Assembly: GCA_040218735.1 (NCBI GenBank)
Contig: JAVJQW010000023.1
Span: forward strand, 480,001 to 544,000
Source of the DNA: Deltaproteobacteria bacterium
GTDB lineage: Bacteria; Myxococcota; Kuafuiibacteriia; Kuafuiibacteriales; Kuafuiibacteriaceae
Direction of reading: 5' to 3'
Length of the DNA stretch: 64,000 nt
In this document: positions 1 through 9,984 of the stretch, one piece after another
How the letters are laid out: each line of letters opens with the position of its first letter
How positions within the stretch are numbered: position 1 is the stretch's first letter
Notes under the pieces: model-generated
Told to the model about the DNA's origin: nothing
What the model saw: only the letters and a program-made list of their open reading frames with translations
Database searches by the model: none
Position numbers and translations under genes: made by a program

Positions 1-1
1 C

Positions 2-562
2 ACCCAAACCTGGTTCTCCGTGCCCGCGGGTCCGCTGTACATCGCCCTGGAGCGCGGCGGCTCGAGCTCCGAGCTCGAATGCAACGGCTCCAGGGAAGGC
101 TTCGAGCTCGACATCGACGTGCAGCCGTCACCGCCAGCGCCGCCCAACGACACGTGCGCCTCGCCGACGCTCATCACCTTCCCCGGCGGACACGGCTCGA
201 TCGCCGCTGCGCACGGGACGACCGTCGGCGCCGCGAACGACCTCGATCCCCTCACCTGCCCCGCGGACTCGGAGCAACCGACGGGCCTCGACGTCTTCTA
301 CGAGATCGTCGTGCCCGTCGCGTCCAAGCTCCGCGTCACACCGACCAACGTCTCAGAGGACATGAGCGTCTCGCTGCACAGCCTGAGCTGCGGCGACACC
401 GGCGCCCTCGCGTGCGGCTCGTCGTCGGGCGGCGACGGCTTCGAGACGACGTTCGGCGTCCCGGCTGGGAGCTACTTCCTCCGCGTCGAACAGTTGGGCC
501 GCTTCGGCAATACGGTCACGCCGGCCGACTTCACCTACGCGATCGAGCTACTCGCCCCCTGA
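2..562 (+). CDS. 5'-partial myxobacterial-type secreted protein, C-terminal PPC-like beta-sandwich domain
   Basis: Frame is open from the window start. Motifs PPNDTC, GTTVGAANDL, DVFY and GSYFLRV are typical of myxobacterial extracellular repeat modules. Confidence 0.6.
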   Translation, partial: TQTWFSVPAGPLYIALERGGSSSELECNGSREGFELDIDVQPSPPAPPNDTCASPTLITFPGGHGSIAAAHGTTVGAANDLDPLTCPADSEQPTGLDVFYEIVVPVASKLRVTPTNVSEDMSVSLHSLSCGDTGALACGSSSGGDGFETTFGVPAGSYFLRVEQLGRFGNTVTPADFTYAIELLAP

Positions 563-1281
563 GGAGAGTCGCGCAGCGCGGTCGCCAACGCCGCAGCGAC
601 CGCGGCGAGCCCGTCGACCAGGCGATCGAGCGGTTCGTCGAAGTACTGATCGGAGTGCTCGGGCAACACGATCACTGAGTTCCCCTGCACCTCGAAGCGC
701 GCGCCGTGCTGCGCGTCGATCGCGGAGGTGAGCTCCGGCGTCCAGAGCCCCTCGACCGCGCTCGGCGTCGAACCCGAGACGACCCACCGCTTCGCGAAGT
801 CCGCCTCGCCGACGTCCGCGGGGGTGTAGCCACGGTCGAGCTGCCCGCGCGGCAACCCGATCGCATCGACGACCGAGGCGATCCGCTGCCGCGCCTGCTC
901 CTGTTCGTGGCGCGCACGACAGATGAAGCTCGGCGCCGTCTGCGGCAAACGCGCCGCGAGCACCGTCCGAACGGAGGTCTGCGTGCTCTGCGACGAGCGC
1001 GTCGTGACGTGCGCGTCGAAGACGGTGACCTCGACGCCCCGGTGGCGAAGCTCCACCACATCCAGCGCACGCGCGCCGCGGCTCGTGAACGGCGCCGCGG
1101 GCTCGAGCCGCGCGCGCAGGGACTCCGTCGCGTCCGCCTTATACTGACCGCCGCGCCGCTCGGCCCACGCGCGCATGAACTTCTTCCGCTGCTGCCGAAG
1201 CACGACCTTCACGCCGATCACGAGCGCGAACACCACGGCGAACAGGCCGAGCACGATCCAGAACCCAACGTCCTTGGACAT
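535..1281 (-). CDS. Hypothetical membrane-anchored protein
   Basis: N-terminal TM helix (FWIVLGLFAVVFALVIGV) followed by a basic stretch. Starts 10 bp after the stop of the upstream lipoprotein gene. Confidence 0.7.
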   Translation of the reverse strand: MSKDVGFWIVLGLFAVVFALVIGVKVVLRQQRKKFMRAWAERRGGQYKADATESLRARLEPAAPFTSRGARALDVVELRHRGVEVTVFDAHVTTRSSQSTQTSVRTVLAARLPQTAPSFICRARHEQEQARQRIASVVDAIGLPRGQLDRGYTPADVGEADFAKRWVVSGSTPSAVEGLWTPELTSAIDAQHGARFEVQGNSVIVLPEHSDQYFDEPLDRLVDGLAAVAAALATALRDSPQGASSSIA

Positions 1282-1291
1282 CCTGAGTGCC

Positions 1292-3040
1292 TCAGGGTCC
1301 GCAGGTCTCGGAGGTGGTGTTCACGTAAGTCACCCGCACCAGCTCGGCGGTGGCGTTGGCGTCGTAGCTGCGCACGCCGCAACCTGCGTTGCGGATCGTC
1401 GCGTCCTCGAGACGAACGTACGCGTCGGCGTTTCCGAACCCGACGTCGACCGCGGTCCCCGCGCCGTCGATCTCGACGTGCCGCAACACGTTGAGCATGC
1501 TGCTCGACCGGACGCTGATTCCGGCCCAGGCCTCCTGGGGGCTCGGCGGCCGAAAGACGACCGGCATCGCCGCGCTTCCTTCGACGGTGAGTGAGCCCCG
1601 CCCTTGGACCCCACCGACGACGACCACGCCGGCGCCGGGGGTCATCTCGAAGACGACGCCGGGCTGGACGGTCATGTCGAGCAAGACGATCAGGTTCCGC
1701 TCCGGCGTGAAGCCTGGATAGGCGTCCTGCTCTTCGTCGGTCATGCCCACGCGGTACGGCACGCCGGGATCGCGGACGCCGTAACCCTCCGTGAAGACCT
1801 CGCCGCCGCGCAGCCACACCCGGTTGTCACCGTTGTCGGTGAACGTGTTGTCCGCCCCGAGGCCCATCGTCCCGTGCGGCCACAGCGCGAGCGGGTAGCC
1901 GCTGACCCGGCGAATGGTCGAGCGCTCCACGACGAACGCGCCGGGGTCGTACACTGCGGTATCCAGAATGACATCGATCCCGTTGCCGAGGCCGTCCTCG
2001 ATCACGGAGTCCACGACGCGCAGGTCGACGACGTCCGCGACGCCGAAGTCGTGACTGCCGAGCGCGATGCTCGCCTGGACCACCGACCTCGGGTTCTGTT
2101 CGGTCCAAGCGCGCCCGGCGTGGCGAATGACGACGTTTTCGAGGACGTTGTTCTCGTCGGAGTCGTCGCGCCGTGGGTTGAGGAAGAGGCCGCGCCAGTG
2201 CCCGGGCCCCGGAGCGCCGCGGTCGTCGGCGCCTTCGAAGACGATCGGCGCGTTCGGCGTACCCTCCGCGATGACGCGGCCGACGACGCGCATCGCGGCG
2301 TCCTCCTCGAACCAGATGCGCACGCCCGGATCGATCCGCAGATCGGTACTCACGATGAGCCCGCGGAACGCCGGGCTCGGGTGGTCGCCCACCTCCACGA
2401 TGTAGTCGGGGGCCTCGGCGTCGAGCACGATGTTCTCGAGCCGATCGCCCACCATCGAGTTGTTGTCGAGACGCACCGCTTCGCCGGCCCGCACCGTGAG
2501 CCCAATGACCGAGAAGTGTTCGACGCTCGCGGTCGCGAGCTGGTGCGCGGTGTCGAGCGTCGTCGGCAACGTCGCCGACCACTGCCCATCCTCCAGGTAC
2601 GACGCGACCACGTCCGAGGGCGTCGCACCCGCCGGGATGCGCGCGGGGTCGTACGGCATCTCGAGCTGCGCCGGGACCGCGAACTGCAACCCGTCCGGGT
2701 TGAAGTCCACGACCGGCCCGACCGCGGACGCCGGGCCGGACACAAACGTCATCGCGATCTCGACGGGCTCGCTCAACGCCCCCGCGGGGACGTCGAAGCG
2801 CACGCCGCCGCTCTCCAGCACCCCGCCCTCTGGCCCGATGGTCGCGCGTACGCTGTCGGCGACGCCGCCGTCGGGGGCCTCGCCCGCGTCGCGGACCTGC
2901 GCGTCCGTCGGTCCGGCGTCGCGGGCGGACGGGGTGCCTGCGTCGCGCGCGGCTGGGTCCGGGTCTTCGCCGCTGCAGGCCGCGGCGAGCGCGAAGGCGG
3001 CGAACACGAGACAGGAGCGGAGGAGCGTCGGTGGGGTCAT
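1292..3040 (-). CDS. Lipoprotein with ZU5-like domain and right-handed beta-helix repeats
   Basis: Start re-called at MTPPTLL (AAGGA upstream). Lipobox LAAAC. ZU5-like motifs IGPEGG..VPAGAL..F.PDGLQF..HFS. Beta-helix motifs LRIDPGVRIWF, IAEGTPNAPIVF and PGHWRGL. Confidence 0.8.
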   Translation of the reverse strand: MTPPTLLRSCLVFAAFALAAACSGEDPDPAARDAGTPSARDAGPTDAQVRDAGEAPDGGVADSVRATIGPEGGVLESGGVRFDVPAGALSEPVEIAMTFVSGPASAVGPVVDFNPDGLQFAVPAQLEMPYDPARIPAGATPSDVVASYLEDGQWSATLPTTLDTAHQLATASVEHFSVIGLTVRAGEAVRLDNNSMVGDRLENIVLDAEAPDYIVEVGDHPSPAFRGLIVSTDLRIDPGVRIWFEEDAAMRVVGRVIAEGTPNAPIVFEGADDRGAPGPGHWRGLFLNPRRDDSDENNVLENVVIRHAGRAWTEQNPRSVVQASIALGSHDFGVADVVDLRVVDSVIEDGLGNGIDVILDTAVYDPGAFVVERSTIRRVSGYPLALWPHGTMGLGADNTFTDNGDNRVWLRGGEVFTEGYGVRDPGVPYRVGMTDEEQDAYPGFTPERNLIVLLDMTVQPGVVFEMTPGAGVVVVGGVQGRGSLTVEGSAAMPVVFRPPSPQEAWAGISVRSSSMLNVLRHVEIDGAGTAVDVGFGNADAYVRLEDATIRNAGCGVRSYDANATAELVRVTYVNTTSETCGP

Positions 3041-3045
3041 CGATG

Positions 3046-3085
3046 GTCCTTTCGTGGTTCGCGGAGATCTGCGCGGAGTTTTTTC
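3046..3085 (-). promoter_or_regulatory. Putative ECF-sigma promoter, copy 1
   Basis: Minus strand reads GAAAAAACTCCGCGCAG-N14-CGAAAGGAC just upstream of the 3040 start. It matches the motif at 9985-10024 with identical spacing. Confidence 0.6.
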
Positions 3086-3090
3086 ACCGC

Positions 3091-4971
3091 TCACTCACAA
3101 GGCCCTTCCCGGCACGCATCCACCGTAACCCGAGTGACGTCCGCCTCGACCTCCAGCTCCCGCCGCGTCGCCGGGCCGAAGTCCACGACGACCCGAACGG
3201 GCCCGGCGTACGCCCCGAGCCCGAAGTGCGCGACGGGCTCGGACATGCCGAGGTGGCCATCGGGACCGAGCGTTCGAATCTGCGCGGGCTGCTCGCCGGC
3301 GAACACCCGCACCGTCGCCCCCCACGCCGGGCGCTCGCCCTCGCGCGGCCGAACGCGGAGCCACCGCCGCTCGGACAGCGCGGCGTCGACCACCTCCGAC
3401 CGCAGCGCGCGCGGCGCCGACGGAGGCTCAGCGTGCACGACGACGTCCTGATCGCCATCCTCGTCGAAGTCCGCGAGCGCGATCGCCGTGGCGCCGAGCA
3501 GGTGCCCGCTCACGTCGAGGCGCACCAACGAGAAGCCGGCTTGGCCCTGCCCGTGCCGGTTGAGCAACAGGACCGGCCCCATCCCGCAGCGGAACGAAGG
3601 CAGCGGCACGAAGACGTCGAGGTCGCCGTCGTGGTCGACGTCGGTCCACGCCATCGTGCGACCGCCGTAACGGAGGCTCGCGCCGGACCACGGTGCGTCG
3701 TCCGGCACGCGGCAGTCGGTGGCGGGAGGGTCGAGGTCGAGGGCGCTGACGGCTTCGAACGCGCCCGACCCGACGTTGCGTAGGAGGCCGATGCCGGAGG
3801 GTTCGTCGCCTTGGGTGCCGTCGCGCGTGTACGCGAGATCGAGATCGCCGTCCGCGTCGAAGTCGACCCAGCTCACCGCGGCGCACGTCGACCAGCGCTC
3901 CAGGCCCGACGCCACCGTGACGTCGAAGAGCTGTCCGCCGCGGTTCTCCCAGAGCCCGAAGAAGCTGCCGCACGCGGCGACGTCGGGATCACCGTCCGCG
4001 TCGAAGTCACCGACCGCGACCGCGTCGCACTGTGCGCCGAGCGGCGGGTCCGGCGCGGCTTCCTCGCGTTGCAACCTACCTTGCGACCCGCCGAGGACGA
4101 CGAACCGCCCCTCCCCGGGGAACTCGTCGTTGCGCATGCACCCGACGAGCTCGACGGTTCCGTCGTCGTCGAGGTCGACGGGCACCGCGAGATCAAAACC
4201 ACGCGGGCCGAGCGGATCGACGTCGACGGCGCGCCACCCGGCCCCCTCGAACGTCAACGCACCGACCGCGCTCCGCGCCGGCCCGCCCGCGAAGACGAGC
4301 TCGGGGCGAGCGTCGCCGATCACGTCGACCGCGCTCACGCCGACGTGCCCCGGGACCGCCGGGCTGTCGAGCGCGGATGCTCGCCAGCCTTCGTCTTCGA
4401 ACGTGAGGACGGTCGGGGGCACGAACGCCGCGTCGTCGTGGGCGAGCACGAGCTCGAGGCGTCCATCGAGATCCAGATCGACGAGCGCCGCACCGCGCCC
4501 CGAGGGGGCCGCGCGCAGATCGTCGGAGGTGACGTCGCGCAGCCACGGGCTCAGGTAGCGGAAGGCGCTGGGGAGGACCGCCTCGCTCTGTCCGGTCCGA
4601 ACGCGAACGTCGACCGCTCCCCCCTCCGCGGGCCCGGCGGGCACCGTACAGCGGACCTCTGCGGAGCTGTCGCGGACGACGTCGCGACACACCGCACCGC
4701 CGAGCGCGACTTCGACGTCGGCGTCGAAGCCCGTGCCGAGGATTCGCAGCTCGGTGCCGCCTTCACTCGGACCGGAGCTCGGATCGACCCGGGTGATCGA
4801 AAGCGGCTCGGCGCAACCTTGGCTCGCGGCCGCGCAGGTCTGGGTCGCTGCGCAGCAGACGTAACCGTCGATGCAGGGGCACGGCGCGCCGAGGAGCAAC
4901 GCGTCGGCGGAGCACGCGACGAGCGCGAGGGCGACCAGCGCCGCGAGCTTGTGAAGACGTCGCACGCGCAT
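3091..4971 (-). CDS. Lipoprotein with IPT/TIG domain, FG-GAP repeats and ASPIC/UnbV C-terminus (CRTAC1-like)
   Basis: Start MRVRRL overlaps the upstream stop (TGATG). Lipobox LVAC. TIG motif VDPSSGPSEGGTELRILGTGF. Repeated D[FL]DxDGDxD motifs. C-terminal AHFGLG. Confidence 0.8.
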   Translation of the reverse strand: MRVRRLHKLAALVALALVACSADALLLGAPCPCIDGYVCCAATQTCAAASQGCAEPLSITRVDPSSGPSEGGTELRILGTGFDADVEVALGGAVCRDVVRDSSAEVRCTVPAGPAEGGAVDVRVRTGQSEAVLPSAFRYLSPWLRDVTSDDLRAAPSGRGAALVDLDLDGRLELVLAHDDAAFVPPTVLTFEDEGWRASALDSPAVPGHVGVSAVDVIGDARPELVFAGGPARSAVGALTFEGAGWRAVDVDPLGPRGFDLAVPVDLDDDGTVELVGCMRNDEFPGEGRFVVLGGSQGRLQREEAAPDPPLGAQCDAVAVGDFDADGDPDVAACGSFFGLWENRGGQLFDVTVASGLERWSTCAAVSWVDFDADGDLDLAYTRDGTQGDEPSGIGLLRNVGSGAFEAVSALDLDPPATDCRVPDDAPWSGASLRYGGRTMAWTDVDHDGDLDVFVPLPSFRCGMGPVLLLNRHGQGQAGFSLVRLDVSGHLLGATAIALADFDEDGDQDVVVHAEPPSAPRALRSEVVDAALSERRWLRVRPREGERPAWGATVRVFAGEQPAQIRTLGPDGHLGMSEPVAHFGLGAYAGPVRVVVDFGPATRRELEVEADVTRVTVDACREGPCE

Positions 4972-6410
4972 CACTCCGTCAGCAACAACACCGCGCCCGT
5001 GACGGCGGCCGCGAGTCCGAGGCCCGCGGCGGAACCGGCGCCCACGGTCCACGCGTCCGCTTCGTCGAGGCGTTGTCGTCGCTGCACCTGATCGAGCTGA
5101 GCGTCTCCTGCGGATGCGCGACGATCCGCGGCCACGGCCATCAACACCGCACCGATCGCGAGCCCGGCGCCGCCTCCGATCGCGAGCCCCGCACCCCACC
5201 GCCGACGCGCGGGATCCTCCGGTGGTGAGGAGAGCGCGGTGAGGGTCTCGACTTCGCGCCCGAGTCGAAAGCCGCGCACGACGTCGGGGCTGAACGGCGT
5301 GGTGAAGAGCTGTTCGAACGCCTCGTGCGCGAGGCCGCGGGTGCCTTCGCGCTTCGGCTGGGCCTGGAGCGCCGACAGCTCGACCTCCCCCGTCGCGGCG
5401 GGGACCTCGAAGCGCACATCGTCGAGCTCGACCTCGTACGTGCCTGGCTCCAGCAGGCCGATGCGGAGCACGCGACCGCGCGCCTTGTGCAGGTCGACGT
5501 GGCGGAGCCCACGCGGATCCGTGATGCGCACGCGCCCCGCGACCGGTGCGTCGAGCGCGAGGCGGGGGGTGTCGGGGACCTTCAGCAGCGGCGCGTCCTG
5601 CAGGCCCTCGGGCGGGCGGATGAACACGTTGGGGCGGTAGCGCGCGATCGCAACGCCCTCGTTCGCGGCGGAGACGAACGCCCCGAGCTCGAAGTAGTCG
5701 ACGGCGCGATCCCCGTCGATGTCCGCCGCACCGAGTAACGCCGAGCGGACCTCATGCGAGAAGATGCCCGCGCTGAGCGCCGCGAATTCGTGGGACTCTG
5801 CGTCGTTGCTGGTCGACAGGACGAGCCCGACTCCGGGGCGAGGTTTCGGGCCGGCGTAGGCGCTCGGGGTCGTGGTCCGTTCGCCGCCGGGTCCTCGGCC
5901 CGAGACCATGAAGTACGATTTACACGCGTCGATGACGACGTGTTTGAGGTCGGCTTCGATCTGGGTGAGCAGCTCGCGTTCGAGGTCGTCGCGTGTCCAC
6001 CGCCCGTCGACGAGGTTGACGTAGCCGACGCCGTCGTCGACGTCGCCGTGACCCGCGTAGAAGAAGTGCACCTCGCTCCTGCGTCCGGCTTCGCGCGCGG
6101 CGGCGACCTGCTCCGCGACGCTGCGCAGCGTGCGCGACAGCTCCGCGCGGGTGGGTGCGCGCGCGATCGAAACGAGCCGCGGGTAGAGCGCCTGGGAGGG
6201 TGGATCGAAGACCGTGAGCAGGTGCGCGTGCACCGCGCCGAGCGAGACGAGCTCGAAGAATCGTGCGGCGTCGTCGTCGGCGAAGCGGAGGTCGTCCAGC
6301 TCGGCGCGATCGGCTTGGTTGTAGCCGACCACGATCGCAAAACGGTCCGGCGCGGCGGTGGTCGTCGTGGACGTTGCGCCCGCGAGCACGAGGAGTGCGA
6401 CGACGCTCAT
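4971..6410 (-). CDS. Caspase-family (peptidase C14, orthocaspase-like) protein, exported with C-terminal membrane anchor
   Basis: Motifs RFAIVVGYN, LRFADDDA, FFYAGHG (catalytic His), VIDACKS (catalytic Cys) and GAADIDGD. N-terminal signal-like sequence and two C-terminal hydrophobic segments. Confidence 0.88.
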   Translation of the reverse strand: MSVVALLVLAGATSTTTTAAPDRFAIVVGYNQADRAELDDLRFADDDAARFFELVSLGAVHAHLLTVFDPPSQALYPRLVSIARAPTRAELSRTLRSVAEQVAAAREAGRRSEVHFFYAGHGDVDDGVGYVNLVDGRWTRDDLERELLTQIEADLKHVVIDACKSYFMVSGRGPGGERTTTPSAYAGPKPRPGVGLVLSTSNDAESHEFAALSAGIFSHEVRSALLGAADIDGDRAVDYFELGAFVSAANEGVAIARYRPNVFIRPPEGLQDAPLLKVPDTPRLALDAPVAGRVRITDPRGLRHVDLHKARGRVLRIGLLEPGTYEVELDDVRFEVPAATGEVELSALQAQPKREGTRGLAHEAFEQLFTTPFSPDVVRGFRLGREVETLTALSSPPEDPARRRWGAGLAIGGGAGLAIGAVLMAVAADRRASAGDAQLDQVQRRQRLDEADAWTVGAGSAAGLGLAAAVTGAVLLLTE

Positions 6411-7201
6411 GGCGCGGCCGGGCCTCGCGGTTCGACGTCGCTAGGTTGGACCTCATACGTATGGCAGTCGGTCTTCGCGTCACTCGGCCAGCGCCCGGAC
6501 CGTTCGAGCTCACGATCGACCGCGGCGACGTCGAGCGCCACCACCGTGAACAACCCACACACGCGCATCGGGCCGGGCGCGGGTTGGATGCGTACGACCT
6601 CCCCGAGCTCGCGGTCAGCAGCGCCCGCCTCGATGCGGACGCTCCGCGGGGACTGCGACGCGTCGGTGTACGCGGGGTGGAACCAGTGCGCGTGGCCCGC
6701 GGCGTCGAGCCCGACGACGGCGAGGTGGCGCGACTTGCTCTCGCGGAGGTTCGTATAGGCAAACGCCCAGCCCGCGTCCGCGGGGACGGAGGGGGTTGCG
6801 GGCTCCAGCCCTTCGCCCGACTCGAGGAAGACCGAGAGCCACGCCGTGCGACCGGTCGCCTCGCCGCCGCGCACCCCCACGCCGCCTTCGGGCCAGGCCA
6901 GGACCGCGATCAGGACACACGCGGCGGCGAGCCCGCCCGCCACCGCGAAGGTGGGGAGGCGACGAACGGGAGGGGCCTCTGCAACCTGTCTTGCGGGAGG
7001 GGCCCCGCGGGCGAGGAGACGTTCGAGCTGTGCGTTGGGGATGTCGGCGCCTTCGAGCCCGCGCTCCATCTCGACGAGCTTGCGGTACTCCGCGCGGAGC
7101 TCCTCCGACTCGCGCAAGAGAGCTTGCAGCTCGCGATCTTCCTCGGGCGACAGCGGGCCGTCGTGGAACTGCCGCTCGAGCAGCTCGCGCCCCCGGCTCA
7201 T
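6407..7201 (-). CDS. Putative single-pass anti-sigma factor with C-terminal periplasmic domain (DUF4384-like)
   Basis: Overlaps the ECF gene stop (ATGA). N-terminal LSPEEDRELQALLRESEELR..Y resembles a Zn-less anti-sigma domain. TM helix followed by an RGG motif and a FAYTN..HWFHP domain. Confidence 0.7.
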   Translation of the reverse strand: MSRGRELLERQFHDGPLSPEEDRELQALLRESEELRAEYRKLVEMERGLEGADIPNAQLERLLARGAPPARQVAEAPPVRRLPTFAVAGGLAAACVLIAVLAWPEGGVGVRGGEATGRTAWLSVFLESGEGLEPATPSVPADAGWAFAYTNLRESKSRHLAVVGLDAAGHAHWFHPAYTDASQSPRSVRIEAGAADRELGEVVRIQPAPGPMRVCGLFTVVALDVAAVDRELERSGRWPSDAKTDCHTYEVQPSDVEPRGPAAP

Positions 7202-7761
7202 GGCCACCACCCCTTGGCGCTGAAGTACTTCGACGCGCGGCGACGTATCTGCACCAGCGTGCGGTACACCTGGTCCCGCGACATGCCGAGCTCGGCCCCC
7301 ACCTCGGCCTGCGACGCGACGTCGTGTTTGGCGTACTGCTCGAGCACAGCGCGCTCGCGATCGTCGAGCGCCTCCTTGAACTCACTCATGAGCGCCTGGA
7401 GCTCCTTGTGCTCGAGGTCGCGCGACTCGGCTTCGACGGGTTCGGAGGCTTCGGTGAGCGCGACCTCGCGGCCCTGGATTCGGGCGCGTCCCAGCGCGAG
7501 GTTGACGGCGATACGTCGGAGGTACGGCAGCGCGGGTCGGCTGGGATCGTAGTTGCCCTTCTCCACCTGCCCGAAGAACGCGGCAAAGGTCTCCTGCGTG
7601 AGGTCCTCGGCTTCGAATGGGTCCTCGACCCGATGGAAGCCGAGGCCTCCGCTCGCGCGCTGAAACCTGAAGCCTCGAGTCAGGACCGTCATGACGTACC
7701 CCACGTGCGATCTGTAGAACGCCTCGCGATCGGCCGGGGCTTCGCCGTGCGCGTCCGTCAA
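7198..7761 (-). CDS. ECF RNA polymerase sigma-70 factor
   Basis: Region 2 AEDLTQETF..YLRRIAVN and region 4 LDDRERAVL..SQAEVGAELGMS. TTG start. Confidence 0.9.
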   Translation of the reverse strand: MTDAHGEAPADREAFYRSHVGYVMTVLTRGFRFQRASGGLGFHRVEDPFEAEDLTQETFAAFFGQVEKGNYDPSRPALPYLRRIAVNLALGRARIQGREVALTEASEPVEAESRDLEHKELQALMSEFKEALDDRERAVLEQYAKHDVASQAEVGAELGMSRDQVYRTLVQIRRRASKYFSAKGWWP

Positions 7762-7814
7762 CGACGGGCAGCGTAGGAACCAATCGAGGCCAGATCAAGC
7801 CGCGTACCGCGCGC

Positions 7815-9980
7815 CTAGTTGTTACACAGCGTCCCGCTGCTCACGCCGCTCGCGATCACTTCGGGCACGACGCCGAGGAACTGCACACGGGCGCAGGACG
7901 GCATCACGAGGTTGGGCTCGATCGCCACGCCCGCGTTCGAACCCGACTCCAGGAGCAGGTCGGCGATCCATAGGCGCACGGGGTCCGGGCGCCCGCGAAT
8001 GACGAGGTTGGCCTGCAACCCACGGTACGCGGCGCGACCGCCGTGCGCGATGACGACGTGTTCGAGGCGATTGGCGACGTGGTCGCTCGACTCGAACCGA
8101 ATACCGTCCCAGTAACCCGGCGTCGCGACCTCACCGGCGAAGATGATCGGTTCGGTCATGGTGCCGGGCGCGGCCAGGCTCCCGCTCTGCAAGATGAACA
8201 GCTCGGCGCCCTCGCGGAACCGCAGCTCGGTACCGGCGGCGATCGCGAGCGGCGCGACCACCCACAGATCGCCGAGCTGATACGGGACGTTGATCGCCGC
8301 CAGCTCGCCGCCGACCCGAAGTGGGTTCGTCCCGGGGCGATCGACGACGACGACGCGGTCGACGTCGTTGGCCGAGTAGCTGGACTGGTTGTCGAGTTGG
8401 AGCGCGACCTCCGGCGAGACGTGCGCCGCGCCGAGTGTGTTCTCGGTGAGCGTGACCTGCGAGAAGTCGAGGGTCACCTGCGTCGCCGCGGCGAGCCCGT
8501 AGCCGGCGCTGCGTCGGGAGATGGTCTCGACAACGGCCAACCGCGCGGGACCGCTCCAGTCCGAGATCGCGATGTTGCCGCGCTGACCGCGATACTCGAT
8601 GCCGCCGCCGTGCACGACCTCGACGCGCTGGAGCGCGTTCTCGATGCGATCACTCCCGTCGAAGACGAGCCCCGACCAATGGCCGCGGCGATCCATGTCG
8701 CCTTCGATGACCGTCTCCTGCGGCGCGATGGCTCGCAAGGTACCTTGCGGGCGCACGAACCACTCGACGTTCTGGGCGACCCGGATGTGGAGGTCCGGTC
8801 CGAGCTCGAGGCGAGCCTCGACGTCGAGGTTGCCCGTCAGGTGGTAGGGCACGTCGAGCTTCGGCCACGTCGCGTCGCGGAGGAGGCGCCCGCCCTCGGA
8901 CGCGCCACCGCGGATCTCCACTTCATCGCGACCGTTGCCGGTGAGGGTGGCGGCCGACGTGAGTTGTCCGATCGCGTCCGCCGGCATGCGGATCGGCGCG
9001 AGCTCACTGCCGGTGATCGTGATCGTGTCGAAGGCCTCGAGTGTGATCACGTCCGTGTCGAGGCCGTACGCGGCGTTGTCACGCAACGTGAGGTTGGAGA
9101 GCGAGACCCGCGTCGCGTTGCCCTGCAGGACCAGCCCGCCCTGTCGCCCGCGGTAGACGTCGCGGCCGGCGTCGGTGATCTCGACGTAGCGAAGCGCGTT
9201 CTCGAGCTGGTCGGATTCGCTGAACATCACGCCGTCCCAAGAGCCCGGCGCCGAGGTCTCGCCGCGGAGGAGGATCGGCGACATCGCGGTACCGACCGCC
9301 GAGAGGACGCCGGTGACGAAGAGTCGCGCGTCGTCGTGGAAGACCACCGTCACACCCGGCTCGATGCGGAGCGTCCCTTGGACGGTCAGCTCGGTCGGCA
9401 CTTCGAAACAACCACCGGCGGCCAGGACCACCTCGCCATCGATGCGAGGTCCGTCGATGACCATCGGGGTGGCGCAGTCGCCGACGTAGGCTTCGCCGCG
9501 CACGCACCGGGCGAGCTCGGGCGCGAAGACCGTGCCCGGACCGCACACGTCCATCGTCGGGAGGCACTGTCCGTTCAGCTCGGCGGTGCCGGGTCCGCAG
9601 CTGACGTTGCCGGCCACGCAGGTGCGCGTCGCGGTGTCGAACTGCGTGCCCGCGCCGCAGGCGGCGGGGGCGACGACGCAGCTGTCGCCGCCCATCGAGA
9701 CCACCGTGCCGGCCGCGCAGGTCACGCCGCCGGCGGTCGGTACACAGGCCATCGATTCGAGGCGTGTCCCGGGACCGCACTGGATCGCGGCGGCGTCGCC
9801 GATGCACTGGCCCGCGGCGGCATCGAATTGGCTGCCGGCGCCGCAGACGGTCGCGGCCGGGACGCAGCGACCGTCGATGTTCATGGTGGCGTCCCCGCAG
9901 ACGACGGGTTCACAGCCGGTCGCCGCGAGGCCGGCGAAGAGGAAGAGGAGGGAGCGAGCGTGGAGTGTTCGGGGTTCCAT
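7815..9980 (-). CDS. Lipoprotein with N-terminal Cys-rich repeats and right-handed beta-helix repeats
   Basis: Start MEPRTL. Lipobox AATGC. Repeated CGxGTx..C units. Repeated LRIEPGV..F / L.A.GT...PI.. / PG.WDG..F..SD...N.L modules. Confidence 0.8.
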   Translation of the reverse strand: MEPRTLHARSLLFLFAGLAATGCEPVVCGDATMNIDGRCVPAATVCGAGSQFDAAAGQCIGDAAAIQCGPGTRLESMACVPTAGGVTCAAGTVVSMGGDSCVVAPAACGAGTQFDTATRTCVAGNVSCGPGTAELNGQCLPTMDVCGPGTVFAPELARCVRGEAYVGDCATPMVIDGPRIDGEVVLAAGGCFEVPTELTVQGTLRIEPGVTVVFHDDARLFVTGVLSAVGTAMSPILLRGETSAPGSWDGVMFSESDQLENALRYVEITDAGRDVYRGRQGGLVLQGNATRVSLSNLTLRDNAAYGLDTDVITLEAFDTITITGSELAPIRMPADAIGQLTSAATLTGNGRDEVEIRGGASEGGRLLRDATWPKLDVPYHLTGNLDVEARLELGPDLHIRVAQNVEWFVRPQGTLRAIAPQETVIEGDMDRRGHWSGLVFDGSDRIENALQRVEVVHGGGIEYRGQRGNIAISDWSGPARLAVVETISRRSAGYGLAAATQVTLDFSQVTLTENTLGAAHVSPEVALQLDNQSSYSANDVDRVVVVDRPGTNPLRVGGELAAINVPYQLGDLWVVAPLAIAAGTELRFREGAELFILQSGSLAAPGTMTEPIIFAGEVATPGYWDGIRFESSDHVANRLEHVVIAHGGRAAYRGLQANLVIRGRPDPVRLWIADLLLESGSNAGVAIEPNLVMPSCARVQFLGVVPEVIASGVSSGTLCNN

Positions 9981-9984
9981 GACC

